Source: Tubulanus polymorphus
Lineage: Eukaryota; Animalia; Nemertea
Direction: 5' to 3'
Length of the DNA stretch: 64,000 bases
NCBI RefSeq assembly: GCF_964204645.1
Contig: NC_134031.1
Coordinates: 20,467,910 to 20,531,909 of the forward strand
Below, piece after piece: positions 1 through 15,300 of the stretch (the stretch's first letter is position 1; every line of letters begins with the position of its first letter). A program made the position numbers and the translations under genes. The notes below the pieces were generated by a model that searched no databases, was not told the DNA's origin, and was given only the letters and a program-made list of their open reading frames with translations.

Positions 1-195
1 GTGGGGGGGGGGACCGTTCTGACCAGTAATTGTATACAGAAATTTGAACAATTTGATCAATCCGTTGCGGTTGTAAGTAAACTCAAGTCGAAAAGGTTCC
101 TGACTAGAAAATGGCACGATCTGATCGGATCTTAGATGACCTGAGTTAGAGCACATGAGTTTCACTGTACTGTTCTCATTCGATATTCTTTGCAG

Positions 196-3100
196 GCGCG
201 AGTTTGAAGATAATTCAGTTGCTGCAGCATTTCGAACATCTGACATCACCTCTCGCACAAGCCGTCGAAATGTTCGTCAATGAATACGGATCTAAGGCAA
301 TCGTGGGTGAAATAATGAGGTAATCATCATTTGTAAAACTCGTCGATTCCTTGAATCCTCTTTAATTTTGAGAAATTACTCTAACTCTTAGAAACTCCTT
401 AAATTTTGGGAAAGTCTTTTGAAAATTTTCAAAAATAAATGTCCATGTTTTTCGTGAAAGGTTTGCTCGTTAACTGCTGCGGAACATTTAAGAAAGTAAA
501 CAAGCAAAAATCAACCATCTTTCTTTTTTAAAGGGAAATAGGTCGAATGGATGCTCGTGATTTAGTACGTGATAATACTGCTACTCACGCGTTTTCCCTC
601 TTCCTCACCGAGTTGGCCGAAAAAATTCCACACGTGATGCTGCCAAATTTGAGCGTGCTCGTTCATTTCCTCGACGACGAGGTAGGAATATCTAGGGAGA
701 TAAATGACTGGTTCATTGTTACGGATTTAGGCGAGGGGGTTATTATTATGAAGGACCAGGAAGGGATGATTGATACACAGTTACAGATGTAGTCTTGGGG
801 GTAAAAATACCAATGTCACTTCTCTCTAGAGAGAGATGACTGATACACAGTAACCGATATAGGCAATTGGTAAATATATCAATATTGCTTGGTGCCTGAA
901 CTTTTATGATGCTCAAGGATAACAGAATTAATCATTTAACGATGATGATCTTTTCGCTTGATTTGAGGAGGATTGTCAAACAAAAATGCTTGGCAAAAAT
1001 TAAATGGTGATTGAATTAAATTGAACTATTAAAGCGAAATGGTTTTTTCTTACAGCCGTATACAATGCGAAATTGTGTATTGACTATGATGGGTGATATT
1101 CTAATAATTACATTGAGCGGTGAAAACTTGGACGAAAAACAGAAATCAACTCGAGATAGTTTCCTCGATCAGCTAGAAGTAAGTACGTAGCACGAGCAAT
1201 TAACCATCGTTCGAAGAAACGTTTTTAATATTTTTGTTTTTTTCATTAGGAACATATTCACGATGTACACGCATTCGTCAGGGCTAAAGTTATACAAGTT
1301 TGGCTGCGCATTGTTGAAAATAAGGTAAACAACAATAGGACAAATGTGGCAATTAAGTGTTTTTGGATTTAAACGGGTTTGGATTAAATGGTTTTGGATT
1401 AAACAGGTTTGACCGTGAACTGCTAATTTTCCACTCTCGTTTCAACTCACTATATCGAACGTGTTATTTTAGGCGTTACCCCTGACCCGTCAAGAGGACG
1501 TCGTTGATATGATAATCGGTCGTCTGGAAGATACGTCGAGTCAAGTTCGTAAATACGCGATACAGTTCGTTCGTACTTTACTAGAGAGTAACCCATTCGC
1601 GGCGAAGGTATGAAATAATAGATATTTACAATCAAATTCAATAACAAGTTCACTGCTAAATACGAGATATCCTGGTACAAGGCATCATGTAACTGATCCT
1701 TCTTATTCACTATTCAATATTATACAATGAGAAATTTTCTTATCCTTCAAGTGTTAATCCTAGATAATATAGTTATAGATGTAAAAACTTGTTCAATGCG
1801 ATGATGTTTTGCAATTCAAGTAAACAATGTTTCGTGCATTTTCCTATATTTTCAGTTGTCCCTTGAGGAACTAAAAGAAAATTACGAAAAAGAAAAGGCG
1901 AAATTGAAGGAAATGGTTCCTGACCGAAATAGCGATGTATTCACAGGTAAAAAGCAGTTACAAAATAAATATTCAGTATCTTTATTTGTTGAATATTTCG
2001 AAATTTTCAAGTTAAAACCAGGATAGAAAATCCACAATGAAGAGTGTACTGTGTACAACTGAACCGAGGGCATGTTCTGTTAGCCTTCTTATTACTGATG
2101 TCAACACAGCAAAGTTCATATCTTTTCAATAAGCTTAAGGGTTAATTTTTCTAACTTCAGAAAATGCGAAAGAAATAGAAAATGAATGGGATCGAGTTTA
2201 CCAGAAATTAGGAGGTAAAATACGCCAGTATTTGGATACGGAAGAGGAGATTGATCCATCATTCATCGATGATACGGATGATGCTAAAAGGTATTTAGAA
2301 AAAAAAGATGTTAAACCTGTTTAAATTTGAAAATGTTTATTCGCATATTCAGTTATAACTTGTTCGTTATATCGTTTTGTAAATAGCGTTGTGGATAGGT
2401 TGAGAAAAATGATCAAAGAAGAACAACTTGAAGATGTCGTACCGCTACTAATGGCTGCTAAAGACGCCTTCCCAGATTCAGAGATATTAAAGGATTCATT
2501 GGCCGATGAGTAAGTTTGTCCATCTTTTGGACGCCAATTCAGAAATGCCATTTGCCATTTGTTATATAAGGTTTATAATATGTTTACGACTATGTTTTCA
2601 TCAGTGTCAGTTTGTTTGTAGATCTCAGAGTCAGGAAATGGATGAAATAACCCCTGCAAATCGCGTTCTGCAAACCTTCAAGAATATCTATCTTGCATCA
2701 GGTAAAGAAAGAGAGACATAACGTGGCCAAATTCTTTATAACGCGCAGTTTTTCATTGGTCCTAACGGTGGCATTATGAAGGACATTTACTGTATTTCAA
2801 AAATTAGTCAATTGGTTTATCATCGTTACTATGGTATTTGAGGATCCCTAGGGCTAACATAAATACTCTGTCTTCTGAAACTGGTTCTTGTTGATCTGTG
2901 GTTATTACAAGTATTCAAATCAAAATATCATAAATAAACTGTTGAATTGCTGAATATTTTTGTAGCGGTGAATTTGGAGCTATTGGCTAATCCATCGTCT
3001 CAGGCAGCTAGTCAAGATGATTCAACGGTGAATGAAGTCGCGAAACAACAGTTTTTGGTGCAGTATCTAAAGGTTTGTCAGTCACAAGGTTTCAATTTTG

Positions 3101-6100
3101 GATTCTCAAAGTTAAATATGATCTCCTCTGATTTGAGGTTATCGAGTGATTTCTAATGATATCAGAGATTGTTCAGTCCTATTATCAAATTGATGGTGTA
3201 AGGTCCGATACAGATGTTATTCAACCTATTTCAGGGGTCAATATGTAGGATTATGGAATTTATTTTTGGATGTCCAGTAGATGTTTTCATAGTCAAAGAG
3301 TGGTTAGACTACTGAACTCAGTTCCACTGTTGTTAAATAAGATTTGACATGAGCACTGTAAAACATCGATGAAAGTGAACTAATTCGATTCATCCTCCTG
3401 GGATGGGGATTAGAACCTGATGGCATCGCTGCACTCAGCCACGATACGAAACCTGTACCGTGGCGAGTCTCGATGCCATCAGCTTCGAATAAAAGTGGCC
3501 ATTGAAAAGTGGTTGAATGATCTGAAAAGTAATATATGACGAATATGTTTTCTAGGATTCTATGGTTTTCGCGGGGCAGATACAGAAAGCGTTGTCGGTT
3601 ATCTGTCAGTTGCTCGGCTCGAAGGTTCAGACCGATGTGCTCGAAGCGGTCGAGTTTTTCGTCGCGGCGTTTGATTTTGGCGTGTTGAACGCGATGCGAG
3701 GAGTTCGCGCGATGTTCACGCTCGTTTATAGCAAAGAGAATAAAGTGAAAGACTCTGTAGTGAACGCTTATAAACGACTGTATCTTACACCGGCTGATGG
3801 TAACGCGCGGTAAGTTAGAAACATTATTAGTTTGTATTAACCCTTTCAGTGCGGTGTATTAATCCGTGATTAACTTTGTTAGTACACCGAATTGCAGTGT
3901 ACTGGGTGTATCAGGGAGCCACTGAGCTAGAAAAAAACCTGTGAAGTCAGAAAAGAAAATTTCACATATCTTACCAAAAACCTGGAAATCGGTACATGAT
4001 TCAACATTTTGAGGCAGAAAGTGGCCACCCTGATAGATCTAATTAGTAGTTTACTGGTATGCCCTACTGAACTTTGTACTGGGGTGGAATTTTTTCATAA
4101 TTTTCAAATTATCTCTTGCACTATAGGAACCTGCATTGAAAAGGGAAACTTTTCCGACTTCTTCTATATTCTGTAATGTTTTCATTTCTATAGAGCACAA
4201 GCGATGGCAGTTGTGAATAATTTAACAGCTCTGACGATCGGAGCGTGTAAAAAAGAGCTTACTTCAATGGAAGAATTGGTATGTCTCTAGTTTCAATTTG
4301 ATGTAAAACTAATTTGAAAATGGAAATTCGAGGTTGTCTGTTTTGCCTATAACATTATCAAATGTGGTAGTTGGACTAAGACAATAAGTAATGTCTATTA
4401 CAACTTGTTTGCACAGACATCGGGTGCTATAACTCGGCACATATCGAAGGATTATCAAAACATTTTCTCGTACTCAAATCTAACAGTTTGGATATTTTAG
4501 TTCAGCTGTGTGCTGATGATTTTAAGAGCGTTATCGGGTATTTACTGAGTTATGGCGCCTGATGTTGGTGCAACAAGTTGAAATAGTCGTTGATCTCCTC
4601 GCTGGGATACGACGTACATGTTATAGTAGCTATTGTAATTCCTATTCATACTGTTATTGTAGGTTTGTGAGTACGTAAAGAATGGAGATATCACCGAACC
4701 GGTTATAAAACTTCTGTGGGAAAGATTTACGATGAAAATATCGAATACGACCTCGGAAGAAAGTCGAGCTGCTCTCGTTCTTCTAGGAATGGCTGCCAAG
4801 TAAGTTCTTTTCGAATTGCCTACATTGCGATTTTCGTGATTTTGCGATGAAAAGATCGTCGATTTATAAGATATTTTTGCTTTATCTACCGGTTTACATT
4901 TGAAAAATGTTCTCGTATATGAATATCTCGCTGATTTTCTTTTTTTAAGAGCTGAGGAGAACATTGCGCGTAGTAATATCGACATCCTTGTATCGGAGGG
5001 ACTAGGGCCGCGAGCTCGTCAGGATCTGATGTTAGCTCGTGACGCTTGTATCATGCTATTGCGAATAGGCGGATCAGTGAAGGTAAGTAACACCTGTTCA
5101 GTTTTCGACCTCTCTCCCTTGCTTTATAACAAATCGAGAAAATTCTCTATATGAAGAACGGTAAATCTACACTAAAGCGCTGTTGAAATCATCTTTGATA
5201 GGTTTATAAATCAGTTATTTACAGTAACTAGAACTGAGAACTCAATCAATGCTCTGTTTAACATGGTTTGTTATATACATTTTTAGCCCAAAGCTGGTCA
5301 AACTGTTGAACCGTTCAGATTATCAGAATCTCATTCCATATTCACCGAATTACAGAATCTACTTTACGAAGGTAACATCCATTTTATTACTTGCCTTTCA
5401 TACATTTTAGTTTAAAGGACTTGTCTTCCACTTCCCCCGAGCCTCTGGTAACTCATTCGGATATTTCAGAATGATAAGATCTGTGGAAAGACCTTGAATT
5501 TGTTTGCCTATACAGCTGGATATGAACTACAATATAGCAGACAGTCTTCTGCTAATCAATAAACGCCTATATACCACTATGCTGTACTAGCACACTTGCA
5601 CTTTACAAGCCAATCGAAATATCAGTCTCTATAGGAAGTGAACTGGTTGAAATTAATGACGAATCATATACGTTGTATTTGTAGGATTTTTCATAAAGGA
5701 TGATAATCATTGGGTACCGATGGCTGAACAGGCCGTGAATGTGATCTATAAACTAGCCGAACATCCTGACACAATCTGCGGCAACGTCATCAAACGACTT
5801 CTTAAACAAGTTTTCACTGATTCTTCAACATCCGATGAACGTGAAGTGAATGCTGTCATGGAGGTCAACAATAGTGATTCGCAAGGTTTGTCGTTAGTAG
5901 AAATCTGAAATACGGCTGAGACGTGTTAGTGAAATAAAGTGTAATCCTTATTAACTTAAGATAAATGAAAAGATCCCACGATAGAATGAAACCACAAAGT
6001 TTCGGCCATTAACTAACAGGTGGTAATTCTAATCTATGTGATCATCAGAACCATTTCCATTTACACAATTTTGAACATTAAATGTCCATCATGGAAACTA

Positions 6101-9100
6101 TTTATTTTCATCGGGGTCTGTCCATCCGTCATGAATGATTGAAAGTCTAAATAACAAGTAATGCTTTTGCAATTATTCAGGAGTTGAAATAGTGTATTGA
6201 CTCTGTTCATGAATTCATAAAGGTTCAGCCGGTTCTGTAATCAGCAGTCAGGTGTCGGCCGTCTCTGACAGTCAAGATTTTCCCAAAGACATCCAATGCT
6301 CGACGGTGTATTTGACGAAGTTGTTATCGATGGCCGGACACATGGCATTACGTCAGCTGATACACCTCGACGTCGCCGTGTTCGGTGAATTCAAACGCAG
6401 ACGCGTCATACAAGACGAAGAAAACGAAAAGGGAAAAGCGAACAAGAAAAAGAGTAAATTAACGAGCGTCAGTGATACGGTTTCTAAAAGTAGACAGGTC
6501 GGTGCAAAATAGACAAAAACTGTTTGACTTTATAGATTTATAGTTTCTATTAAAACGTGGTCATCATCGAAATAATTGTCAAAAAATAAGCCACAGATGA
6601 TGATTCAACTAATCTTATTGAACCCAAAAGTCGAAAGCCAAGTTTCTTTTTTGTGTCAGTTTTTCAGAGTTTGAAATATTTCGCCCATATTTGGAAAGTT
6701 GAATTTTACTCTTTAGAATTGAGATTTGATGATATTTGAAATTTCATTATACGTATTAGTTTATTCATTAAGATTTGTTTTATTTATTTCTTTTCGCTTT
6801 TCAATCAAACAGGAAAGTACGACGACAGTTGAAGCGATTGAGGATGAACTCGGATTAGCTGGTGGAGCTGAGGAAGATGTGGAAGCTGAATACATCAGAA
6901 AAATCTGCGAGGAAGACCTCATTTCAGGTATTTGGCGTACATTTGTTTAAAACATGTCATGATTCAGCCATATGTTTAGTCATATGGGAAGCCACACATG
7001 TATATGGGATCCGATTTGAGAATATGTCACTGAGACATCAGAGGGTTTTCATAGAACTAAAGTTGCTTTATGCCCAAATTTTAGTTCCATCGGTATTGGA
7101 GGATAGTGAGTTCTTCAGTGGCTTCTCACTGATCATAGAGAAACCACCTACCTACCGGTACTCATAATATCCTCAGTGGTGTTCAGTGTCTTAAAAAACA
7201 TCACTCAGTTGTAGCTTATATCCCATTTTTCTGTCCTACACTTTGGATTATCAAATTTGTTGAAAATTATCTCTTTTCGTATTTTAAACTAGGTGACAAT
7301 TTGTTGGCACTGTTCCAGCCGATTATTGTAGCTGTATGCAGTAATCCGAGTAAATACTCCGATCCCGATTTACAATCATCGGCCGCTTTGGCTCTCGCTA
7401 AATTCATGTTAGTCAGGTGAGTTACGTGGGCGATAAAGATCGATTAACGGTGGCCACTGACCTGAAAATCCTTGAAAACTCGGGGAATTAGATAAATCTT
7501 TAAAAAAAATCAGGGAATTTGACAAATTTTACCAAAAACCTGGAAAAGTCAGGGAATTCAGATACTGTTATTTACTTTCATTATCGGTACATGATTCAAT
7601 GTAAAATTTTATATCTAGAAATTTCTCTGAATTTTGTGTAGTAGTCGCATGGAAAAAATTAGGGAAAACTCGGGGGATTTGTAAACGGGCGGAAAGTGGC
7701 GCCACCCTGTCTTACCATCGATTACTGATAGATTTTTATATTTACCCTATATGATGATTATGACTTGTGATTATTGAATTTCTCATCTGAATTTAGTTCG
7801 GAGTTTTGTGATTCACAGTTGCAACTGCTGTTCACTATCCTGGATAAATCACCGAGCCCGGTCATTAGAGCTAATACAATCATAGCCCTCGGTGATTTGA
7901 CGTTCAGATTTCCAAACAACATCGAACCATGGACCGGACATTTATACGCAAGGTAAAAACAATGTCAATGTCAAATGGTTGTGTATGGTGAGTTTGAACT
8001 TCAGTGAACTACTGCGCTTCAGATCACAAACGAGGTCCGCTGTGTTACGTCAGGCAAATAGACGCGTGAAAATCCATGTCAAATTGAAGTAGTTTTAGCG
8101 AGTTTGTTGTAACTGTTTATTTGTGTAGGTTGCAAGATGATTCGATTCTCGTAAGAAGAAGTACATTGACTGTGTTAACTCATTTGATTCTCAACGACAT
8201 GGTCAAAGTGAAAGGGCAAATCAGCGAAATGGCTAAATGTATCATGGACGATGATCCGCGAATTAGTGGCCTGGCGAAATTATTCTTCCAGGAACTAGCG
8301 AGAAAGGTACAGGAATTTATCACTTAAATTCATCATGACCAGGACCTCGGGACGCCTGGTTCCATTTGGCTTAGATTTGACTCTCGATTTAAAACATCAG
8401 GAGCAACCGATGACTTTTGAATTGGAGCCAATACAGTAATAATCGTGATTAAGAGTTGAATCTGGTTTACGTAAATTAATCATTTAAATCTGTATTTTAG
8501 GGTAACGCGGTCTACAATAACTTGCCCGATATGATCAGTCGTCTGTCCGATCCGGATATCGGAGTCTCCGAAGAATTCTTCCAAACTATCATGAAGTACG
8601 TAGAATTGTGTAAATCAATTCTTATAAAAGCGAGCAAAATTTTAAGAAGTGCTACGGTTTATATTTGATTTGCGATTACAGCATTTCCAGATGTAAGCCA
8701 TGCGCTTTATCGCGTGACCCACACCATACTGCCGGTCAATATTTAGTAAATCTCCTGATTATCTTTCGTTGCTATTTACGACAAGTCTCCAGCGCTGACG
8801 GCGAACAAACTCTGACGTCTGCAGTATCTACAGGACTTCTTTCAACTGTCACTGATTTACTGCGTTAATAAGTATAGAATATGGTTTCCGTTTATTTTCA
8901 GGCTTTTATTCGCCTACATTCAGAAGGACAAACAAAGCGAAAGTTTAGTGGAAAAACTCTGTCATCGTTTCAAAGCTACCAGGTACAGACAAAACATTGA
9001 TGTCATGGCTTAGTCAGACATGGCTCATGGCTTGAATCTAAAAGTAGTATCTAGGTTTGAATGAAGCCTGTTCGCTGCCAACAATGAGTTATTTTGATGC

Positions 9101-11244
9101 TGATCCTTCTTATTGACAGGGAATAACACACTTTCTGATTGGCTGGCAATGTGAACAAACTCTGCATCATTTGCCATGCTCATTGGTCAATTTTGCACAA
9201 TGGCTGACTTGTTACGATAGCTCTATTGCCAACTACGAGATAACTCGTATTAGCAACTAGGAAGAAATGTGGCAGCCAATGTGTTAAATCTTAAGAATTG
9301 CCTTAAGTTGTTAGATTGGCAAGAGAAACAAGGAGCATTTGAATCTAAAGCCTTGACATTGCGACTAGCACTGGGTCAATCTGGATGTTAATCTACCAGA
9401 TTTTCTAATTATTATTGAACGTTGTGTTTCAGGAGCGAACGCCAGGCGCGAGATCTAGCGTTGTGCTTATCGATGTTAAACTACTCGGAACGCAGTGTTC
9501 GGAAAATTCAAGAGAACTTCCCGTGTTTCGCGGATAAACTTCACGACGAACAAGTGTTCAATTACTTCCAAACTATCGTAGCCAGCAGCAAAAAATCAGC
9601 TAAAGTTGATACAAAGGTATTTCATTATTCAAATAGTAGAAGCACTTCAAGTTTATGCAAAGTATTCGCAGTTTTTTTCAAATTTCAAATTATCTCCAGC
9701 ACTTTTTGGTGAAAATTAGTCAGCACTGAAAGGGTTATTTATCTCTGTATTAATGTTTTATTTGTTCTCTCACAACAGACGATGATTGAAGAATTGGAAG
9801 CTCGTTTGGAGGAATGTCACTTGAAGGGCGCTGATGCCGAACTCGTAGCTCAGAAAGCGAGTAAGGCTTCGGCAGCAGCTAAAGCGCGGAAACGCTCGCC
9901 TCGAAAGTCTCCAAAAACACCCGGTGAGTTCGTAAATAAATGTGGAATATTAGTAACTAACGATACACCACATTGTTGCCGCATTGAGACTCTGTAACGT
10001 GATGCCTGTTAATGAATGCCCCGGGTGGACATTTCCAGCACTTTCGGGTATTGATTGTCAGCACTGAAAGGGTTCAGGCATTGAATGTCTCAGTTGGTCC
10101 AGATACAGGATGGCCAATGACCTGGAAAACCTTGAAAACTAGGGAATCGGAAAAATCTATAAAAAAATCAGAGAAACTTTTTGTCAAAATTAACCAGAAT
10201 CCTGAAAAATTCTTATGGCTAGTTTTATAGACTGGTATTACTTTGAACCCGGGGGCTACAACTATTTCTGATTCTCTCTGGAATATTTCGCAATGACACG
10301 GAAAAATCAGGGAATTTGTATATTGGTAGAAAGTGGCGCCACCCTGATATGCACATACAGTATAGAAAGGCGTTTTCACGATGTTTTGTAGGTAAAACCC
10401 GGTCGCCGCCGATAGTGCCTCGTGCGACGCGACGTAAAACAACGACGACAGCCGTGAAAAAGAAACCATTCGAACTGAGTGACGATGATGATGATCTGAT
10501 TCTACCGACGAGATCGGTACCACGACCAAAACGTCAGACCGGTAAATCACGAGCACCGGTCATCGAATCTGACGATGACGACGACAATGATGACGATGAT
10601 GATGATGAAGATGATGAAGTTGCTGTTACTCGGCGAAGCGTTAAACCGAATAACCGACGCGGCAAAATTCGACAAAAGATCATCATGGATTCAGATGATG
10701 ATGAGTTGTTTGAAATGGACAGGTTTGTATTATAATTTATAACTCTAAAGTGAGTTGTATAGCCAAGACTAAAGCTGTCTACATCTACCACTGTTTGAGA
10801 GTAGTTTGTGCTCTTAGATAATTCAATTACAAATGTTCTCTCAAAACCAGAACAATTTCTTGTTCATTTTCAATTAAACTTGACTATTTTCCATATCAAA
10901 TGACTCATTTTTGCTGAAAACTACTACAATCTGAGATATCATCTGGTCTGCTAAATGGCAGATTTAAGACCATTTCGCTCTGAAAGCCAATCTCTCAAGC
11001 CATATTGTGATTAAGACCAATTTTTGACACAAGTCTCAATTGTGTCATGGGTTATTTTATAGATTAGCAGGGGCTGCAGTTGCTCAATTGTTGGTTAAAG
11101 ATAACTGGCAGATAGATTCCATAGTGACAATGAAATTTTAACTAGTTTTACCGGTTTTAGCTATCGGCACCTCATTTCAGTATCGACTGATCTACGCTCA
11201 GAATTATTTCACAATGTGTTATTTTGCTGTATATTTTTAGCTGA
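196..11244 (+). CDS. NCAPD2: Condensin complex subunit 1 (CAP-D2), multi-exon, 5' end outside the window
   Basis: Many GT-AG bounded exons (e.g. 196-319, 534-681, 3556-3809, 7797-7952, 8130-8306) encode HEAT/Cnd1-type motifs: IRANTIIALGDLTFRFPNNIEPWT, LTHLILNDMVKVKGQISEMA, NAVYNNLPDMISRLSDP, KDKQSESLVEKLCHRF, followed by a basic then acidic low-complexity tail. The stop is either at 10735 (unspliced) or at 11244 via GAC AG|gtttgt (10722) spliced to tttttag|C TGA (11241); gtttgt donors are used elsewhere in this gene. AATAAA near 11526. Confidence 0.95.
3404..3490 (-). mobile_element. tRNA-derived SINE-like remnant, related copy at ~44674-44725 (+)
   Basis: Shared segment cgatgccatcaggttc(g/t)(a/g)atccc with a B-box-like GGTTCGAnTCC. 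A further B-box-like motif (ggggattcgaaccc) lies at ~32622. Confidence 0.4.
3912..4032. mobile_element. Non-autonomous DNA transposon (MITE) with CAGGG(T)GGCCAC...GTGGCCACCCTG termini, copy 1
   Basis: Inverted termini; internal ccaaaaacctggaaa is shared with the copies at 7449-7709 and 10106-10346. CAGGG ends suggest a hAT-like element. Confidence 0.65.
7449..7709. mobile_element. MITE, CAGGG family, copy 2 (NCAPD2 intron)
   Basis: ggtggccactgacctgaaaatccttgaaaactc...aaagtggcgccaccctg, with repeated cagggaatt subterminal motifs. Confidence 0.7.
10106..10346. mobile_element. MITE, CAGGG family, copy 3 (NCAPD2 intron)
   Basis: caggatggccaatgacctggaaaaccttgaaaactagggaat...aaagtggcgccaccctg. 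Confidence 0.7.
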
Positions 11245-12358
11245 TTGTCACCCGTCTAGAAAAGGCTCTTAATACGAAGAAGATCGAATCGTATGCGTTA
11301 ATGGAATTCGTATAAAATGGCATCAGCTCTGGATTCCTGTGACCCATTTCCTTAGTTTTGGTTCAAATTCCAAAATTCAACACACCCGCGAAATTGAAAA
11401 ATTTTTCTCTAGTAATTTGTTTAGATAATGATAATCTACCTTACTGCCGAACTGGGCTCAAATTTAAATCTGCATTTCTTCCATATTATTACATTATATT
11501 TTTATGTTTATATCGTGTTTGTGTAAATAAATATTTGATATGTATTTGTATATGAAAAGATATTTTGAGACATTACTTTCTTTGGAAATACGGGATTCGA
11601 ACCTATTTGCCTCAGGTGTACTCTTTAATCAGATCGGAGAATCCATCGAAGTGGTGTGATTGGATTTTGTGTGGAGCCACCCGAGGATTTCGGATGGAGA
11701 CTTTGGAGGTCATAAAAGAATACGCCCGGACAGTTTTATCGGTTATAGAGACACTCACTAACTCTACACCCTGAAGGTCGTTGCGCCTGTAGATCTGTCA
11801 AACTAAATTCCACGTAAAAGGAAAGTTTCTTCAATATTGATGTCGAACTGGGCAAAATCAAAGCTAAAATTAGGTATGCTTGACAAATATGATTATGTTC
11901 ATTGGCTTTTTATCTTAATAATATGCACGATGCTTAGCTTGCACCCGCTGGAAGTCGATGGTGGATTTTCTTCAGAAAATTCAATTTCTTGGGCTTTTGG
12001 CCCTTGCCACTTGAACTTGGACCTAGTCTAGTACCTAGCCGTTGTTCCTCAAACAACGAACCGGTCTCTCCAGTGTTTCCAGCTCCCTTCGAATTTTGCG
12101 ATGTTTTACCGGTGATCGCTGGAGGATGATTTTCTTTATTCGATGATGTGTGTAACAGGAATGATCAATTAAGTTAGGCCTACTTAAACCAGTTTCTGGT
12201 CAACCCAGTCAAATATTTATTGCTAACTGCAGTCTACTTAGTCTTTAACGGTAGGCTTCTAAGTCTATCTTTGAGCCATACTCGCACCTACATATGTGGA
12301 GCAAATCTATATTTTAGTTCAGCACTTTAATCGAGAATTCAGCTAGACCAAGTTAATA

Positions 12359-15300
12359 ATGGCAGAATCAAATCCACCCGCAATCACCCACACGAAAAAG
12401 AAGAAAAGATTCCGATTGAAATTTTGGAAAAAGAAAAAACGTAGGGATTTAGAGCCAAATGAGACATTAACCACAGAATCAGGTATGTGCTTTATAGGTG
12501 TGATGCGGGTTAGAGAGTTTAATATCTTTAGCTACCGTTAGTATGGCTTGAAATCGATGATACATGTCAAAAGTTGATTTAATTTTTCTGTTTACGGAAA
12601 TTGATTCTCAAGTTTTAGTTTCCGTAAACGGCTGGAAATCCAACTTGAGCATAGTTTACTGTACCATTTGTAACATTTGATATACATTGCATAATAATTC
12701 ATTAAAGGAGAGTAATTTTCTCAGATTGGCTAATTCATTTCCATACAGAATATTCTGGTTGTTTTAGAACATCTTTCGCTATCGCAACAAACTTGTCCTG
12801 TTGTTCTGTAAATAAAATAATTACAAATTGTAATGTCTGACCTTGTCTAATCGATGTGTTTAGAAATTTGGATTGTTACGTGGGTGATTCTGAGAATTGT
12901 GTGCGTATGAAAAGTTTCTACCTTTTCACATTTTTTACCTTTGTAAGTTGGAGCAGAAACATAAACAAATCCCAGGAAACTACCAATCCGTCCTCCTGGG
13001 TATTTCACTTGATCTTGTGGGTCTAACCAAAGATGTACTTCCGGATGGCGTTTCAAAACTCCAAACTCTATCAGGTTTTCAACTGTGTCCGTAGCAAAAG
13101 TTGTAAGATATCCTACCATGAATTTTGTGCCATTTGGGGTAGGTGCCTTCGGTACTATCCCTTGACTGACTTTCAACAGCGCCTCAAAGCAGTTTCCATC
13201 ATCGAGGCAAGCTCTAAACATTGGTATACATTCAGTGGCAATCCTATGATTCACCTCTATTATTTTATGGCTTCCATCTTTCATAATCACCATTTCCAAA
13301 AAAACGAATTGATTATTGAATCCATAGTCAATCATTCTCTGAACGACAATGTCAAAGGTTTTCCAGATTTCTTCCTGGGTATCTTTTTGTACTCTTGACG
13401 GGTATGACAGGCTCGACATCTCCACAGGGTCAGTTTCCCAAAAGTTAGCGTCAGCTATTGCCCATTTGATAATCTGACCACGGGCAACTAGTCCAGTTAC
13501 AACTAGGAACATATCGAAGTCTTCGAATTCTTCCACTATCAGTGCATTTTCAGGACAAGGTGCTCCAACTTTCGACAGAAATTCTTCATCGAATCGATGC
13601 CATTTCTTCTCTACTTTAAGACTCTCGTAAGCTCCCAGATTCTCCCGCAAAGCATTTTCACATTTGATCTTCTTCGAACCGACGGAATGTGTTCCCGTGC
13701 ACGGCTTCACAAAACAAGGAAATCCCACTTGGTTGAGGACATCATGTATTTCAGTAGGCGAAGCATCATACCTCAATAATCGATAATTAATTCCACCTTG
13801 TTCTTTAGTGAAATACAAACGAGTGTAATATTTATGTAAAGCGATGGCTACTGATTTCAATGATGGTCCAGGTATATGAGGTAACCTTTCACAGATTGCA
13901 GCGCTGATTATAGCAGCGATATCGCGTAGTCCTAACACGCCAGTTATTTGTTCATTCTTCACTATATCGATACATCTCTCTGTGAAATCAAATATATCTT
14001 CATCGGGTGAACGGATTATATTCATAAACTCGTAGCATTCCTTCACTTCTTCTCTCAATTCCTGAATTCCGATTTCTGAAGAATGCACTTCCATCGGTTC
14101 GTAGCAAATCATTGCGATCTTTGACTTTGTTTTAGACATGATTATTTTTCCGCCAAAGAAATCAGTGATCGTTGATATTTTTTTCTTACTTTGAGCAGTT
14201 TATGATTTACACTAGTGCTGAGTTGAGTGCTGTGAACTTGAATGATCATGGAGTAATGAATTGACAAATGATTATTCTGATCTGAACTTGTATTCGTGTT
14301 GTTTTGTTCAAATTGTGCCAACTGAGGTCATGGCTATATGTCATACACAGATACATATTCGACAAATATACATTAGAAGATTATAGAAGCGATATCGCGT
14401 AGTCCTAACACGCCAGTTATTTGTTCATTCTTCACTATAACGATACATCTCTCTGTGAAATCAAATATATCTACATCCGGTGAACGGATTATATTCATAA
14501 ACTCATAACATTCCTTCACTTCTTCTTTTAAACTACCGATGCAGATTTTTGATGCTCCGACATCCATCGACTCGTTCGAGATAATTGCAATTTTTGTTTT
14601 GGACATGGTAATTTTAACCCTTAACCACTTCTACGAGTGGTCACTATTAGATTTGAGTCAGTAAGGTGACTGCGTTCAGTCTGACAACTCCAATGTTGCA
14701 CAAGGTGAAGCCTCAGTTATTGTATTTAATCCATTGTATATTAATGTGGCATTTAGCGAATAAAACAGGCCTCAGTCAATAGCTGCAATATGAAAGGTCT
14801 GGGTCATTTGAAAATGCACGTTAGAGATCAATGAAAACGAGGCAATAAAAATGTATAAAAGTTTGTTGTTAAAAAGGAGATAAATTTAGAAATATTATAT
14901 ACTTCTTTGTAATACCTACGACAAGTGATGTCACATTATTTCTTGGAAGCCAAATTCAATAATTCTGAGAAATAAAGAGTAGAAGTAAAATTTAAGGAAG
15001 GGGTTGTAATTAAGACATATAAGATAGAAATCCATTTTACCCACACTGCACTATTATATTTATAGATAACTCTGTTAGCTGCTGTTAGTTAATGTCCATT
15101 CAGTTGACTATTCTTAATGACTTCTTACCCACAGATTTATGGCACAGACACTTGGAAATTATGGAAGTCGAGCTTTTAAAATCTCATAATCTAACCTATA
15201 GAATTCTATGCCTAAAACAATACAGGATTAGCCTGTCTGTTGATACTTTCAAACATAATCTTAAAACCTTCCTTTTTCGAAGAACATAGGAATCCGAATG

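Noticed and set aside
12847-12938. ORF-track C-terminus GKKCEKVETF... of the ATP-grasp proteins (also 15901-15992)
   Set aside because: Likely intron read-through; both copies have a consensus donor and an in-frame downstream exon.
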